A stretch of 48,084 nt of DNA from an uncultured Anaerolineaceae bacterium (GCA_964560935.1 CAZLOC010000001.1:1-48084); one strand, 5' to 3'. Counted from the stretch's first letter, positions 1-8,636 are shown. The notes: generated from the letters alone by a model not told the origin. Translations and numbers: made by a program.

Positions 1-781
1 ACATGAACATGGTTTGCAGCACCGAAAGTCCGCGCTCCTGGGCGCGCAGGATGATAAACGAATCGGATGAATTGCCCAACGTGAACAGGATAACGACCAG
101 CAGGAAGGCTTTGAAGCGCGCATCCACGCTTTTCAAACTCAAGCGCATCTTTTCGGCCCCCTGGCCTGCCACCGTTACGTCTTTCGCTCCCAACGCCAGG
201 ACGACCACCGCCAAAACCGCCGGGAGGATGCTGACCAGCACCGCCGTGCGGAAAGTGGCAACCGATAACAGGGAAGCATTGGCCTGTGTCAACCAGATGA
301 TGAGCGCAGCAATGCCGATGCCGATAAAAGCGCCGGCTGTATCCCCAGCGCGGTGCAGACCGAAAGCCAGGCCGCGAGATTTCTCGTCGGTGCTGGCAGC
401 CACCAGCGCGTCCCGTGGCGCAGTGCGAATGCCCTTCCCGGTCCGATCGGCGAAGCGCACGCCCAGCACCCACCCCCAGGTGTTGGCAAAATACAGGAAA
501 GGCTTGGCGATTGTCGAGAGACCGTATCCGAGCACAGCCAGTCCCTTGCGTTTGCCGAGTCTATCAGAGAGAGCGCCGGAGTAGATTTTGAGCAGGCTGG
601 CAGTGGTCTCGGCGATGCCATCGATCAAGCCGATAACTGCCGTGCGCACGCCCAGGATGTTGGCGAGAAAAAGCGGGATGAGATAGACGATCATCTCGGA
701 GGAGATGTCGGTCAGGAAGGAGGTGGCCGTCACCACCCAGATGTTGGGATGCAGGCGGCGGAGAGCAGGGACTTTTTTCAC
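1..781 (-). CDS. MFS-type transporter, N-terminal part (gene continues beyond the left window edge)
   Basis: Absent from the track because it has no stop in the window. The reverse-strand GTG at 781-779 opens a frame that stays open to position 1. Hand translation (VKKVPALRRLHPNIWVVTATSFLTDISSEMIVYLIPLFLANILG...YSGALSDRLGKRKGLAVLGYG...RFADRTGKGIRTAPRDA) is helix-rich and carries the MFS loop motif D-R-x-G-K-R-K. The listed + ORF 3..584 is its antisense shadow. Confidence 0.75.
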   Translation of the reverse strand, partial: MKKVPALRRLHPNIWVVTATSFLTDISSEMIVYLIPLFLANILGVRTAVIGLIDGIAETTASLLKIYSGALSDRLGKRKGLAVLGYGLSTIAKPFLYFANTWGWVLGVRFADRTGKGIRTAPRDALVAASTDEKSRGLAFGLHRAGDTAGAFIGIGIAALIIWLTQANASLLSVATFRTAVLVSILPAVLAVVVLALGAKDVTVAGQGAEKMRLSLKSVDARFKAFLLVVILFTLGNSSDSFIILRAQERGLSVLQTMFM

Positions 782-819
782 GCATTCTCCTATGGATGTG
801 CAGCGGGACAATACACGCT

Positions 820-1998
820 TTAAAGAAGGAGCATTCTCAAAATGCCAATCGCAGCCCCGCCCGCAATCAGCCAGGTGGAATTGACTTGATAACGGACGAG
901 CAGCCCAAAGGCGGCCAGGGACATCACGATGGTGAGCGGGTCCACCAGGGAAGCCCGGCCCAACTGCCAGGTGACGGCTGCCATCAGGCCCAGGGAGGCC
1001 GCGTTGATACCGTCCAGCAGGCTGCTGGCCCAGGGTGAATTTCGCAAGCGGGGGATCAAGGGGTTGCTGATGGCTACAAAAACGAAGGAAGGCAGGAAAA
1101 TCCCGGCGGTGGCCAGCAGCGCTCCCGGCGTACCGCCCAGCAGGAAGCCAATGAAAGTTGCCGCTGTGAATAACGGGCCGGGGGTCACCTGCCCGATGGC
1201 GATGGCGTCGATCAACTGCTGGTCACTGATCCAGCCCAGGCGGGTGACAAAGTCAGCGCGCAGGAAAGCCAAGAGCACGTATCCGCTACCGTATAAGACC
1301 GAACCGATCTTCAAGAAAGTGAGAAATAGGATCGGAAGGCTGAAAGGGATGGCGGCCAGGGCAGGCAGGCTTATCCCGGCGAAAGGTAAGAACAGCCCAT
1401 TTACACCGGGTCGCCTATATTTTTGCAGATTCTTGATGAACATGACAAGCAAACCGGCGGCGAAGAGCAGGGCAATCTCATTGATTCCCCAAAAATAGGC
1501 CGCGATGACCAGCAGCCCGGCAACTCCTGTCAGAAAATCTTTGAGCGCCTTTTTGCCCAGATTCAGCAACGCATTGACGATGATGGCTATGATGACGGGC
1601 TTTATCCCATAGAGCAGCCAGCCGATCTGGGGTGTGGAACCGAAGCGCACGTAGATTTCCGCCAGCGCCAGAACGATCAACGTGGCAGGCAGGACAAAAC
1701 AAAGGCCGCCGAGCGCAAAACCTAACCACCCTGCGCGCAAAAAGCCAAGATGGATCGCAATCTCAGTGGAATTTGGACCAGGGATGAGATTGGTTGCGCC
1801 GATCAAGTCAAGGAAATGTTGCTCGTCCAGCCATTTGCGTCGTTTGACCGCTTCATCGTGGAACAGGGCGAGGTGCGCGGCCGGCCCGCCGAATGCAGTA
1901 AAACCCAATTTCAGGAACAACAAAGTGACTTCGACCAGACGCCGGGCAAGGGAAGGCATCTCTGGTTCAGAGGAAGATGGTATTCGACTCATTTTCAT
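820..1998 (-). CDS. chrA: chromate ion transporter (CHR family)
   Basis: 392-aa polytopic membrane protein with the duplicated CHR signatures GFTAFGGPAAHLALF (N half) and GQVTPGPLFTAATFIG (C half). Confidence 0.85.
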   Translation of the reverse strand: MKMSRIPSSSEPEMPSLARRLVEVTLLFLKLGFTAFGGPAAHLALFHDEAVKRRKWLDEQHFLDLIGATNLIPGPNSTEIAIHLGFLRAGWLGFALGGLCFVLPATLIVLALAEIYVRFGSTPQIGWLLYGIKPVIIAIIVNALLNLGKKALKDFLTGVAGLLVIAAYFWGINEIALLFAAGLLVMFIKNLQKYRRPGVNGLFLPFAGISLPALAAIPFSLPILFLTFLKIGSVLYGSGYVLLAFLRADFVTRLGWISDQQLIDAIAIGQVTPGPLFTAATFIGFLLGGTPGALLATAGIFLPSFVFVAISNPLIPRLRNSPWASSLLDGINAASLGLMAAVTWQLGRASLVDPLTIVMSLAAFGLLVRYQVNSTWLIAGGAAIGILRMLLL

Positions 1999-2119
1999 TT
2001 CCCCAACTCACGGAGGAGTTCCTCGGCCTTTTCACGTCCTTGTGCAAGCATCCCCCGCCCGGCAGGGGTCAAGTAGAGCGTCCCCGGGCTAAAACGGTAG
2101 CCTTTTACATACAACGATT

Positions 2120-2545
2120 CTATTCTTCACCCTCGTCACCCGTGGCGCCGGGCTGTTCCACCTTAAGCACTTCGCCCTGATAATTCACCACCACCTTGAA
2201 GCCCATCATACCAAGATAGGCGCGCGCATCTTCAGGGATGCCCTGCTGCAGTAACAGGTCGAATTGCTTGTCCATGTTTTTGAGTTGCTGCTGGATGGCT
2301 GCTACTGTAAAGAGATCATCCTGGCCGAGCATCTTGGCGGTTTGCTCGGAGATCAGGTCTTCGCTACCTTTCATCAAATCTTGCAAATGCTGCAATACCT
2401 GGCGGTCGACCTGTTCGGAGGAGATGTGCCGGCGGAAACCGGCATCATCGATGACATAGCAGGGTTCATCACCAACATAAGCAGTTTCTGCGGGGTTGCC
2501 GGTCTCGTCGATGACCAGACCAGCAAAGAGGGGTTGTTTGGACAC
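2120..2545 (-). CDS. hypothetical acidic protein (141 aa)
   Basis: Clean ORF. Its GTG start at 2545 overlaps the TAG stop of the upstream gene by 1 nt (TAGTG), implying translational coupling. No motif I recognise; acidic tail GATGDEGEE. Confidence 0.6.
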   Translation of the reverse strand: MSKQPLFAGLVIDETGNPAETAYVGDEPCYVIDDAGFRRHISSEQVDRQVLQHLQDLMKGSEDLISEQTAKMLGQDDLFTVAAIQQQLKNMDKQFDLLLQQGIPEDARAYLGMMGFKVVVNYQGEVLKVEQPGATGDEGEE

Positions 2546-3123
2546 TAACTCTGTCTACCCTCTATAGCCGCCAGCAAAATGCCAGCCGCCAGTCCTACCC
2601 GACGATCCAATACTTTAGCGGTGTCAAAGGTGAAATCCACATCCAGTTCGTAGCGGAACGGGTTAAAACGCTGCTTCAGGTCAACCACGCGCTGATCATT
2701 GACGGTCAAATCATAATTCTGCGGCAAAAGTGAACCGAGCAGCAGACGTCGCAGCATGGCCAGCCCCATACTGTCTTCGAACAATTTGCCGATGACCTGA
2801 TCGTTGGCATCCAACACTTCCCATTCATCGCGCAAAATGGACCTCATCCCCTTACGGCGCAACGCCCCAACCTTCTGGTTGTAAGCGCTATCGATCACAT
2901 CATAGGCGGCTGAAAAGTCTATGATTTGGCGCGCCTTGATCTGCAAAACCTCCTGAGTCTTGCTTTCGTCAGCGAACACGCGGATGTCTTCGCGCAGCTT
3001 GAACATCTTTTGCTCGCTGAACATGACCAGGTTGCCCATCGGGTCATAGTAGCGAAATTTGCCAGCCAGCGCAAAAACCTGGCGTTTGAGCAGATACCGG
3101 TCGTATTGGAAAATGGGATTCAT
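2545..3123 (-). CDS. Tubby-C-like (scramblase / LURP-one-related superfamily) protein
   Basis: 192 aa. The pattern YLLKRQVFALAGKFRYYDPMGNLVMFSEQKMFKLREDIRVF...IKARQIIDFSAAYDVID...LRRKGMRSILRDEWEVLD matches the alternating beta-strand repeat typical of bacterial scramblase/LOR-like proteins. Family assignment is from memory of the pattern only. Confidence 0.5.
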   Translation of the reverse strand: MNPIFQYDRYLLKRQVFALAGKFRYYDPMGNLVMFSEQKMFKLREDIRVFADESKTQEVLQIKARQIIDFSAAYDVIDSAYNQKVGALRRKGMRSILRDEWEVLDANDQVIGKLFEDSMGLAMLRRLLLGSLLPQNYDLTVNDQRVVDLKQRFNPFRYELDVDFTFDTAKVLDRRVGLAAGILLAAIEGRQS

Positions 3124-3132
3124 GTTTCACTC

Positions 3133-4170
3133 CTAGATGGATTTGGTGACCTGAACAGCCGTTCCCTGGCCCGGCAGATGCAGGTAATCGACTCCGGGCG
3201 GGACAACTGGGCTGGTCCAGCGATAGATAAATTTGGCGTCAACTGACGGCAGATTCACGCAACCGTGGCTGCGTGGACGTCCGTAATCATTATGCCAGTA
3301 GGTGCCGTGGAAAGCAATACCTGTACCAGTGAAGAACGAGCACCAGGGCACACCGGGCAGGTCGTAAATGCCCGCATCGTCGTCGCCTTCATTGGTCATG
3401 TGCACCGAGGGGCTCTTATGATATGTACGAAAATCGCCCAGGGGCGTTTTGGTGTTGCCTGCGCCGCTGGAACAGCGCGAAATCAGCACGGGCGTTTCGT
3501 CTTCGAAGGCGGTGACGGTCTGCGTACCCAGGTCTATATGGATGTGTTTCAGGGCCTCGGGAACCTCTGGGGAAAGGGGAGCAAGCTCATCGTCCGGGAT
3601 GATGCGCATGTCATATGTGGGAACGTAGTAGGATTTGCGCTCATGGAAATCGTAGATTTCGTACCAGATACTCTTCTGTTCACGGTTGACAATCGTTTGC
3701 TTAACCCAGTGCGTGGTCTGGTAATACAGGCGGATCCCATTGTAGCGGACGTCTGGCTGTGCGCGCACCTGACTGAACGGGACGGTGATCTCGCCAACCT
3801 GGCCCTCTACACGGATGTCGAATACAGGTTTGTTGTAGTTTGTTTCTACGGGCTGCACCCAGCCGGAGTAGGTAAATCCCTCGTCACCAATACGATACCA
3901 GGTTTTGTTGAAAGGATTGCCTTCGTCGCCTTCGATCACTTTGCTGATAGGGACAACCTGGTCTTTACCGAAAGCTTTCCACTGCCTGCTGTTGAACGAT
4001 GGAGTTTCGTACATGAACAGGCCATTCATCAGCACGCGTCCGTGACTGGTTGGGGAGGGCACGGCGGCCAGCGCGCGATCAAGGCCGGTTTCGGCTAAAA
4101 ATAGCCCAAGCGCGCCGGATGCGCTGAGTTTTAGAAAATCGCGGCGGGTGAAAGAATAGAGTGGCTTCAT
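3133..4170 (-). CDS. L,D-transpeptidase (YkuD domain) with Tat signal
   Basis: C-terminal catalytic motif HGTYWHNDYGRPRSHGCVNL and twin-arginine signal TRRDFLKLSASGALG. The track starts at a TTG (4176); the ATG at 4170 (MKPLYSF) is more plausible. Confidence 0.9.
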   Translation of the reverse strand: MKPLYSFTRRDFLKLSASGALGLFLAETGLDRALAAVPSPTSHGRVLMNGLFMYETPSFNSRQWKAFGKDQVVPISKVIEGDEGNPFNKTWYRIGDEGFTYSGWVQPVETNYNKPVFDIRVEGQVGEITVPFSQVRAQPDVRYNGIRLYYQTTHWVKQTIVNREQKSIWYEIYDFHERKSYYVPTYDMRIIPDDELAPLSPEVPEALKHIHIDLGTQTVTAFEDETPVLISRCSSGAGNTKTPLGDFRTYHKSPSVHMTNEGDDDAGIYDLPGVPWCSFFTGTGIAFHGTYWHNDYGRPRSHGCVNLPSVDAKFIYRWTSPVVPPGVDYLHLPGQGTAVQVTKSI

Positions 4171-4186
4171 TTGCAATAAATCAATT

Positions 4187-4256
4187 TACCACTAAGTCAC
4201 GAAAGCACAAAGTCCCAAAGTTTATTATTTGGTGACTTGGAGACTTTGTGGTGAGG
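4187..4256. repeat. REP-like imperfect hairpin, family B (CCAC.AAGTC ... GACTTTGTGG)
   Basis: ttaCCACtAAGTCACgaaagCACAAAGTCccaaag...ggTGACTTggaGACTTTGTGGtgag lies between two same-strand transpeptidase genes. Related copies at 20894-20966 and 37572-37635. Confidence 0.55.
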
Positions 4257-4258
4257 GT

Positions 4259-5296
4259 TCATTCAAAAATATGTACAGTGGTGCCGAAATACTCATAAGC
4301 AAATTGCTTACCGGATTCTACGGAAGGCAGCGTCCAGCGGTAGAGCCATTTGGCGGCCTGCGGCGTCAGGTTGATGCAACCGTGACTGCGCGGGTGACCG
4401 TAGTCATTATGCCAGTAGGTTCCATGGAAAGAAATCCCACTTTTGGTTATGTACAGCACCCAGGGTACGCCAGGCAAGTCGAAACCGTTGGAGGCAATAT
4501 CGCCTGCCGCCATGTGACGAGTGGGACGTTTATAAGATGTAAGGAACTGCCCAATAGGAGTCGTCCAGCGACCGCTGCGGTATTGGTTGCCGGTGGCGGC
4601 CCGGGCCGCAAATACCAGCCGGGATGCTTCGTAGGCCAGGACAAGCTGTCGGGTGAGGTTGACCTCGATCGACTTTTCGGACTCGGGCAGGTCCGGAGAA
4701 ATGGGGGCAAGCTCGTTGTCAGGGATGATGCGCATGTGTTCCGCTGGGATGTAATAATGCAGATTTAATTTGTCATCCAGCAATCGATACCAGGTTTTTC
4801 CGTCCGCGCCGATGGCCGTCTGTGTGATCCAATGCACAGTCTCGTAGTACAAGCGATGGGCGACTTTGGCGGTGGCGTCTGGCTCTTCATGTGCATCAGT
4901 GAATGGGACTGTGATCTCTCCTAACAAGCCACTCGGCGGAACGTCACGCACTGGCCGATTGAGAACCGTGTTTACAGGTTGAACGCTTCCGGAGTATACA
5001 AAGCCCTTGCCATCCACCTCATACCATACACGATTATACGCCGCTTCATCTTCGCTGATGGCTGCGCCCGTGAGCGGAATGACCAGATCGCGCCAGTACA
5101 TTTCAACACGATTGGATTCCGGGGAAGGCGCGTCATACATCCATAATGAACCCTCTGTGACACGACCCTGCAAGTCGGAGTAATAGGTTTGTGTGATATG
5201 GGAGCGGGGAAGATCAGGCAGCAAGAGCCCCAACATACCGTAACCGGCCAATTTCAAGAAGTCACGGCGCGAGAACTCGCCGATGGGCATATCCAT
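4259..5296 (-). CDS. L,D-transpeptidase (YkuD domain) with Tat signal, paralogue of 3133-4170
   Basis: HGTYWHNDYGHPRSHGCINL and SRRDFLKLAGYGMLG, with the same length and architecture as the neighbouring gene. Confidence 0.9.
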   Translation of the reverse strand: MDMPIGEFSRRDFLKLAGYGMLGLLLPDLPRSHITQTYYSDLQGRVTEGSLWMYDAPSPESNRVEMYWRDLVIPLTGAAISEDEAAYNRVWYEVDGKGFVYSGSVQPVNTVLNRPVRDVPPSGLLGEITVPFTDAHEEPDATAKVAHRLYYETVHWITQTAIGADGKTWYRLLDDKLNLHYYIPAEHMRIIPDNELAPISPDLPESEKSIEVNLTRQLVLAYEASRLVFAARAATGNQYRSGRWTTPIGQFLTSYKRPTRHMAAGDIASNGFDLPGVPWVLYITKSGISFHGTYWHNDYGHPRSHGCINLTPQAAKWLYRWTLPSVESGKQFAYEYFGTTVHIFE

Positions 5297-5306
5297 GATA
5301 CTCTTG

Positions 5307-6506
5307 CTAATAGTGGACTTTTACCACTGTACCGTACGAAGCCCAGTTATACAGCCATTCAGAATCCGGGATGGTCAGGTTGACGCAGCCATGGCTCATA
5401 GGTGTACCAAAATTATTATGCCAGTAAGTGCCATGGAAACCATAATCTTTGTAGAAATACATCACATAGGGGACATTTGGCAAATAATAGCCCGGGCCAG
5501 ACATGGCCTGGATGCGGGTCTTATTCCAGATACTGAATGTCCCGGTCACGGTGGGGGTTTGCCAGGTTCCGGTCGAAACGAGGAACGAGTTCATCAACAC
5601 ATCCCCTTCCCAGGCATACACACGCTGCTCGGAGAGGTTTACTTCTATCCAGCGCTCGCCGTTACCTACAGGCGGCTGTTGCGGTTGGGCGGTGGGGGCC
5701 GCGCTTTCATCGGTCGGCCGTGGGGTTGGCACAGGCGTGTCCTCGACGATGTCCAACACCAGCGAACCGGCGGGAGTCGAAGTCGCTTCAGGAGTGAGAG
5801 TGGGTTGGGGTCCCAACTCTGGTTCGGGAGTGGATGTAGGGGGCGCTGCGGTTGGCTCAAGAGTAGGCGGCGGTAAGGTTGGTGTAGTAGGAGCCGGGAG
5901 GGTAGGCCCAGTTTCTGCGAGGACCGGTGCTGGTTCAGACGCCTGAGCCGGTTTGGCGATTTCCACGCGCGCCCATACCTGCGGATGCAAATCTTCCTTC
6001 GGCTGGGACGCCCCGCTTAGAATAGATGCTAACGCCGGGGTCGTGCTGGCTGTCCAAGCGGCGAAGATAACGGCTAGACAGCCCAGCGCCAGCAACAGGA
6101 TTGGAAAGATGGGTGTCCGGGAAGCCTTTTTGGGCGACACACTTCTCGCAGCGTTCTTGGATATACTCTTAGTCCCCTTCGACACGCTTCTGACAGCGCC
6201 CTGTGCCTGCTTCGCCGCAACCGGCATTGTCTGTGCTGAGGGCTCTTCTTGCAACCGTTGCAGCGCCCAGTGCATTCCCTTGCGCGCACGCGGACTGTCC
6301 GGGTTGATCTGCAAAGCCCGCTGAATAAAAGACACACTCGCCCGCGGACTGGCAACCGCTGCCAGGATCAGCCACGGATCTTCCAACTGTGGGGCTAATT
6401 GGGCTGCCTGCTCGGCCCAACGACGAGCCGCGCTGCGGTCTCCGCTGCGCAAGGCCTCGCGCGCGTTTCGAATGGCTTCTTGGGCTTGGAGCAACTTAGG
6501 ATTCAT
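5307..6506 (-). CDS. bitopic L,D-transpeptidase: N-terminal TPR-like module, TM helix, Pro/Thr linker, YkuD domain
   Basis: C-terminal HGTYWHNNFGTPMSHGCVNL, a central hydrophobic span IFPILLLALGCLAVIFAAW, then a PT-rich stretch (PTLPAPTTPTLPPPTLEPTAAPPTSTPEPE). The N-terminal ~85 aa are TPR-like. Confidence 0.9.
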   Translation of the reverse strand: MNPKLLQAQEAIRNAREALRSGDRSAARRWAEQAAQLAPQLEDPWLILAAVASPRASVSFIQRALQINPDSPRARKGMHWALQRLQEEPSAQTMPVAAKQAQGAVRSVSKGTKSISKNAARSVSPKKASRTPIFPILLLALGCLAVIFAAWTASTTPALASILSGASQPKEDLHPQVWARVEIAKPAQASEPAPVLAETGPTLPAPTTPTLPPPTLEPTAAPPTSTPEPELGPQPTLTPEATSTPAGSLVLDIVEDTPVPTPRPTDESAAPTAQPQQPPVGNGERWIEVNLSEQRVYAWEGDVLMNSFLVSTGTWQTPTVTGTFSIWNKTRIQAMSGPGYYLPNVPYVMYFYKDYGFHGTYWHNNFGTPMSHGCVNLTIPDSEWLYNWASYGTVVKVHY

Positions 6507-7306
6507 GGCGCAAAAGTAGGTATCGGGGTTGGCTCGATATTCTCATTGCGAGAAAAGCATAAAATGCCCTTTACAACACCATCGGCGACCAAGTCCGTTT
6601 GATTGACCAGGATGTCCCGGTCCAGGTTCAAGAAACCGGTTTCGATGATGGCAGCAATGGTGTTCGGGTCGATTTCCGAGAAAGCATGATAATCCCGCAT
6701 ATCAGTGGTAATGCTCCCGGCGTGAAAATGGAGGCCGGTCACGCTGCCATAACGGTCACGCAGGCATTCGGTCAGGCGCGTGGCGCGGTTGAAATCGCGC
6801 GTGTTCACAGCCGCAGCCACTTTGAATCCGGTTGCCTCGGGGTTGATGTAATCGCACGAGTCATTATGGATGGATATCAGGACCAAAGCGCGGTAGCCGT
6901 TCAAACGGGTATCGAACTCATTGAGCAAATCCACTTGATAGCCTTCCGCGGTCAACGTTTTCTGCACAAGGCTGGCAATTTCCATATTGACATCCGCTTC
7001 GGTTAGCGTAATGTTACCGTTGCTGTCTATGCAGGTTGCGCCCGAGTCATTGCCCGCATGCCCGGCGACGATCCCGATGCGTAATTGAGGTTGCGGGGTA
7101 GCCACAAAGTTGCTTTCCGGTTGAGCGGTTAATATAAGACCAAGCTTGTCAGAAAAGCTACCGGCGAACAGACCCTCGGATGGAGTCCACAGGTTGAACA
7201 GGGTCGCCAGGAGAATTGCCAGACCAATCGTGCTACCAAGTACCCGAACAGGGCGTGGACGGCTGCGAGTGGAAGAACGAGGGGACGAAACAGGCGATGA
7301 TTTCAT
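6503..7306 (-). CDS. N-acetylmuramoyl-L-alanine amidase (Amidase_3 type)
   Basis: Signal anchor followed by IGIVAGHAGNDSGATC ... LISIHNDS ... ETGFLN, typical of AmiC/CwlD-type zinc amidases. Its stop overlaps the next gene's ATG as ATGA (6506-6503). Confidence 0.85.
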   Translation of the reverse strand: MKSSPVSSPRSSTRSRPRPVRVLGSTIGLAILLATLFNLWTPSEGLFAGSFSDKLGLILTAQPESNFVATPQPQLRIGIVAGHAGNDSGATCIDSNGNITLTEADVNMEIASLVQKTLTAEGYQVDLLNEFDTRLNGYRALVLISIHNDSCDYINPEATGFKVAAAVNTRDFNRATRLTECLRDRYGSVTGLHFHAGSITTDMRDYHAFSEIDPNTIAAIIETGFLNLDRDILVNQTDLVADGVVKGILCFSRNENIEPTPIPTFAP

Positions 7307-7445
7307 GTATGTTTCGTATAATAGTACCTCAACAGGTCGTGAAATAGCAAGAGGTAATTTGGAGTTATCCTGGGGTATTTATGAACGGTGACAGTCTACA
7401 GAACCTGACGGACAGGATCTGTATTGATTTCGAAATATTTTTGAC

Positions 7446-7474
7446 TTGACTCCCGCCCCCCTCCCAGCTATTAT
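7446..7474 (+). promoter_or_regulatory. sigma70-like promoter giving a (near) leaderless mRNA for the flavin reductase gene
   Basis: TTGACT (7446-7451), a 17-nt spacer, TATTAT (7469-7474), and the ATG at 7483 only 8 nt after the -10 box. There is no room for a Shine-Dalgarno sequence. Confidence 0.5.
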
Positions 7475-7482
7475 GAAAGCCT

Positions 7483-7977
7483 ATGAAGCAGCCCGCCATC
7501 CTTGACCCCGAACAGCTCCGCCAGTCCATGCGCGCGTGGACTTCAGGCGTTACCGTTGTGACAGCCTCCCACGCGGGAGAACAGCACGGCATGACCGTCA
7601 GTTCGTTCACATCCATCGCGCTGGAGCCGCCTTTGATCATTATCTCCCTGCAAACAGACAGCCGTACGCATGAGCTCGTCTCGCAAGCCAAGGCTTTCGC
7701 TGTGACCATCCTCGCAGAGGACCAGCAAGAGCTTTCCGAACGTTTCGCCGGACGTGCGCCGGATGTAGAAGACCGCCTGGCAGGCATCGGGACCGATACC
7801 CTGGTCACAGGCGCGCCTTTCATCAAAGGCGGTCTGGCTTATCTCGATTGTCGCGTTATGCAGAGCATTTCGATGGGTACAAACACGCTCTTCCTGGCCG
7901 AAGTTGTTGCCGCACGCGGCAATGGAGCAGGCCAGCCTCTGGTCTATCACGATAGAAAGTATCACAAATTGGTCTGA
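7483..7977 (+). CDS. flavin reductase-like FMN-binding protein
   Basis: 164 aa. WTSGVTVVTASHAGEQHGMTVSSFTSIALEPPLIIISL matches the flavin_reduct/HpaC-like split-barrel signature. Confidence 0.85.
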   Translation: MKQPAILDPEQLRQSMRAWTSGVTVVTASHAGEQHGMTVSSFTSIALEPPLIIISLQTDSRTHELVSQAKAFAVTILAEDQQELSERFAGRAPDVEDRLAGIGTDTLVTGAPFIKGGLAYLDCRVMQSISMGTNTLFLAEVVAARGNGAGQPLVYHDRKYHKLV

Positions 7978-8007
7978 TACCATTCCTCTTGCAAAGGGGA
8001 GGGAAAA

Positions 8008-8580
8008 ATGACCGAAGACAAACTGACAACCGAAGAAAAGCAAATCCTTTTGCGTCTGGCACGCCAGGCGTTGGAAATGGGCGTTCGCGGTCAAAAATTA
8101 CCGCCGCTCGATCTACAGTCCATGCCGTCGCGCTTGCAGGAACAAGGCGCATCCTTCGTAACGCTCACCATCCACGGGGACCTGCGCGGCTGCATCGGCG
8201 CACTGGAACCTTATCAACCCCTGGCCGATGACGTGCGTGAGCACGCTGTTGCCGCTGCGCTACAGGATTACCGCTTTCCAAAAGTGAGGCCGGAAGAATT
8301 GGCACAAATCGAGATTGAAATCTCTCGCCTTACCATTCCCGTCCTGCTCGAATACAGTGCACCGGAAAATTTGCTGACCAAACTCCGTCCCGGAACAGAT
8401 GGCGTGCTCCTGAGCGATGGCGCACGTCGCGCAACTTTTCTGCCGCAAGTCTGGGAAAAAATTCCCGGTCCCGCCGAGTTTCTCGATAACCTGTGCTACA
8501 AGATGGGCGCTTCGCCCAAACTCTGGCGGAAAAAACATTTGGATGTCTCAATCTATCAAGTAGAAGAGTTCCACGAGTAA
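8008..8580 (+). CDS. AMMECR1 domain protein
   Basis: 190 aa. GASFVTL...LRGCIGALEP...PLADDVREHAVAAALQDYRFPKV...LEIEISRLT is the AMMECR1 core with the conserved CIG motif. A GGAGGG RBS lies upstream. Confidence 0.85.
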   Translation: MTEDKLTTEEKQILLRLARQALEMGVRGQKLPPLDLQSMPSRLQEQGASFVTLTIHGDLRGCIGALEPYQPLADDVREHAVAAALQDYRFPKVRPEELAQIEIEISRLTIPVLLEYSAPENLLTKLRPGTDGVLLSDGARRATFLPQVWEKIPGPAEFLDNLCYKMGASPKLWRKKHLDVSIYQVEEFHE

Positions 8581-8636
8581 ACAAAAATGCGATTCATTTG
8601 CTTGTCCCTTCTCCCAGCCTGTAATACAATCTAAGC

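Noticed and set aside
3-584. 193-aa + strand ORF at the left edge
   Set aside because: It is Arg/Ala/Ser/Thr-rich with no motif. It lies exactly antisense to a convincing MFS transporter frame that runs from the GTG at 781 to the window edge.
3265-5876. + strand ORFs of 277, 179 and 197 aa over the transpeptidase genes
   Set aside because: They are antisense to three genes with intact YkuD catalytic motifs, and have no features of their own.
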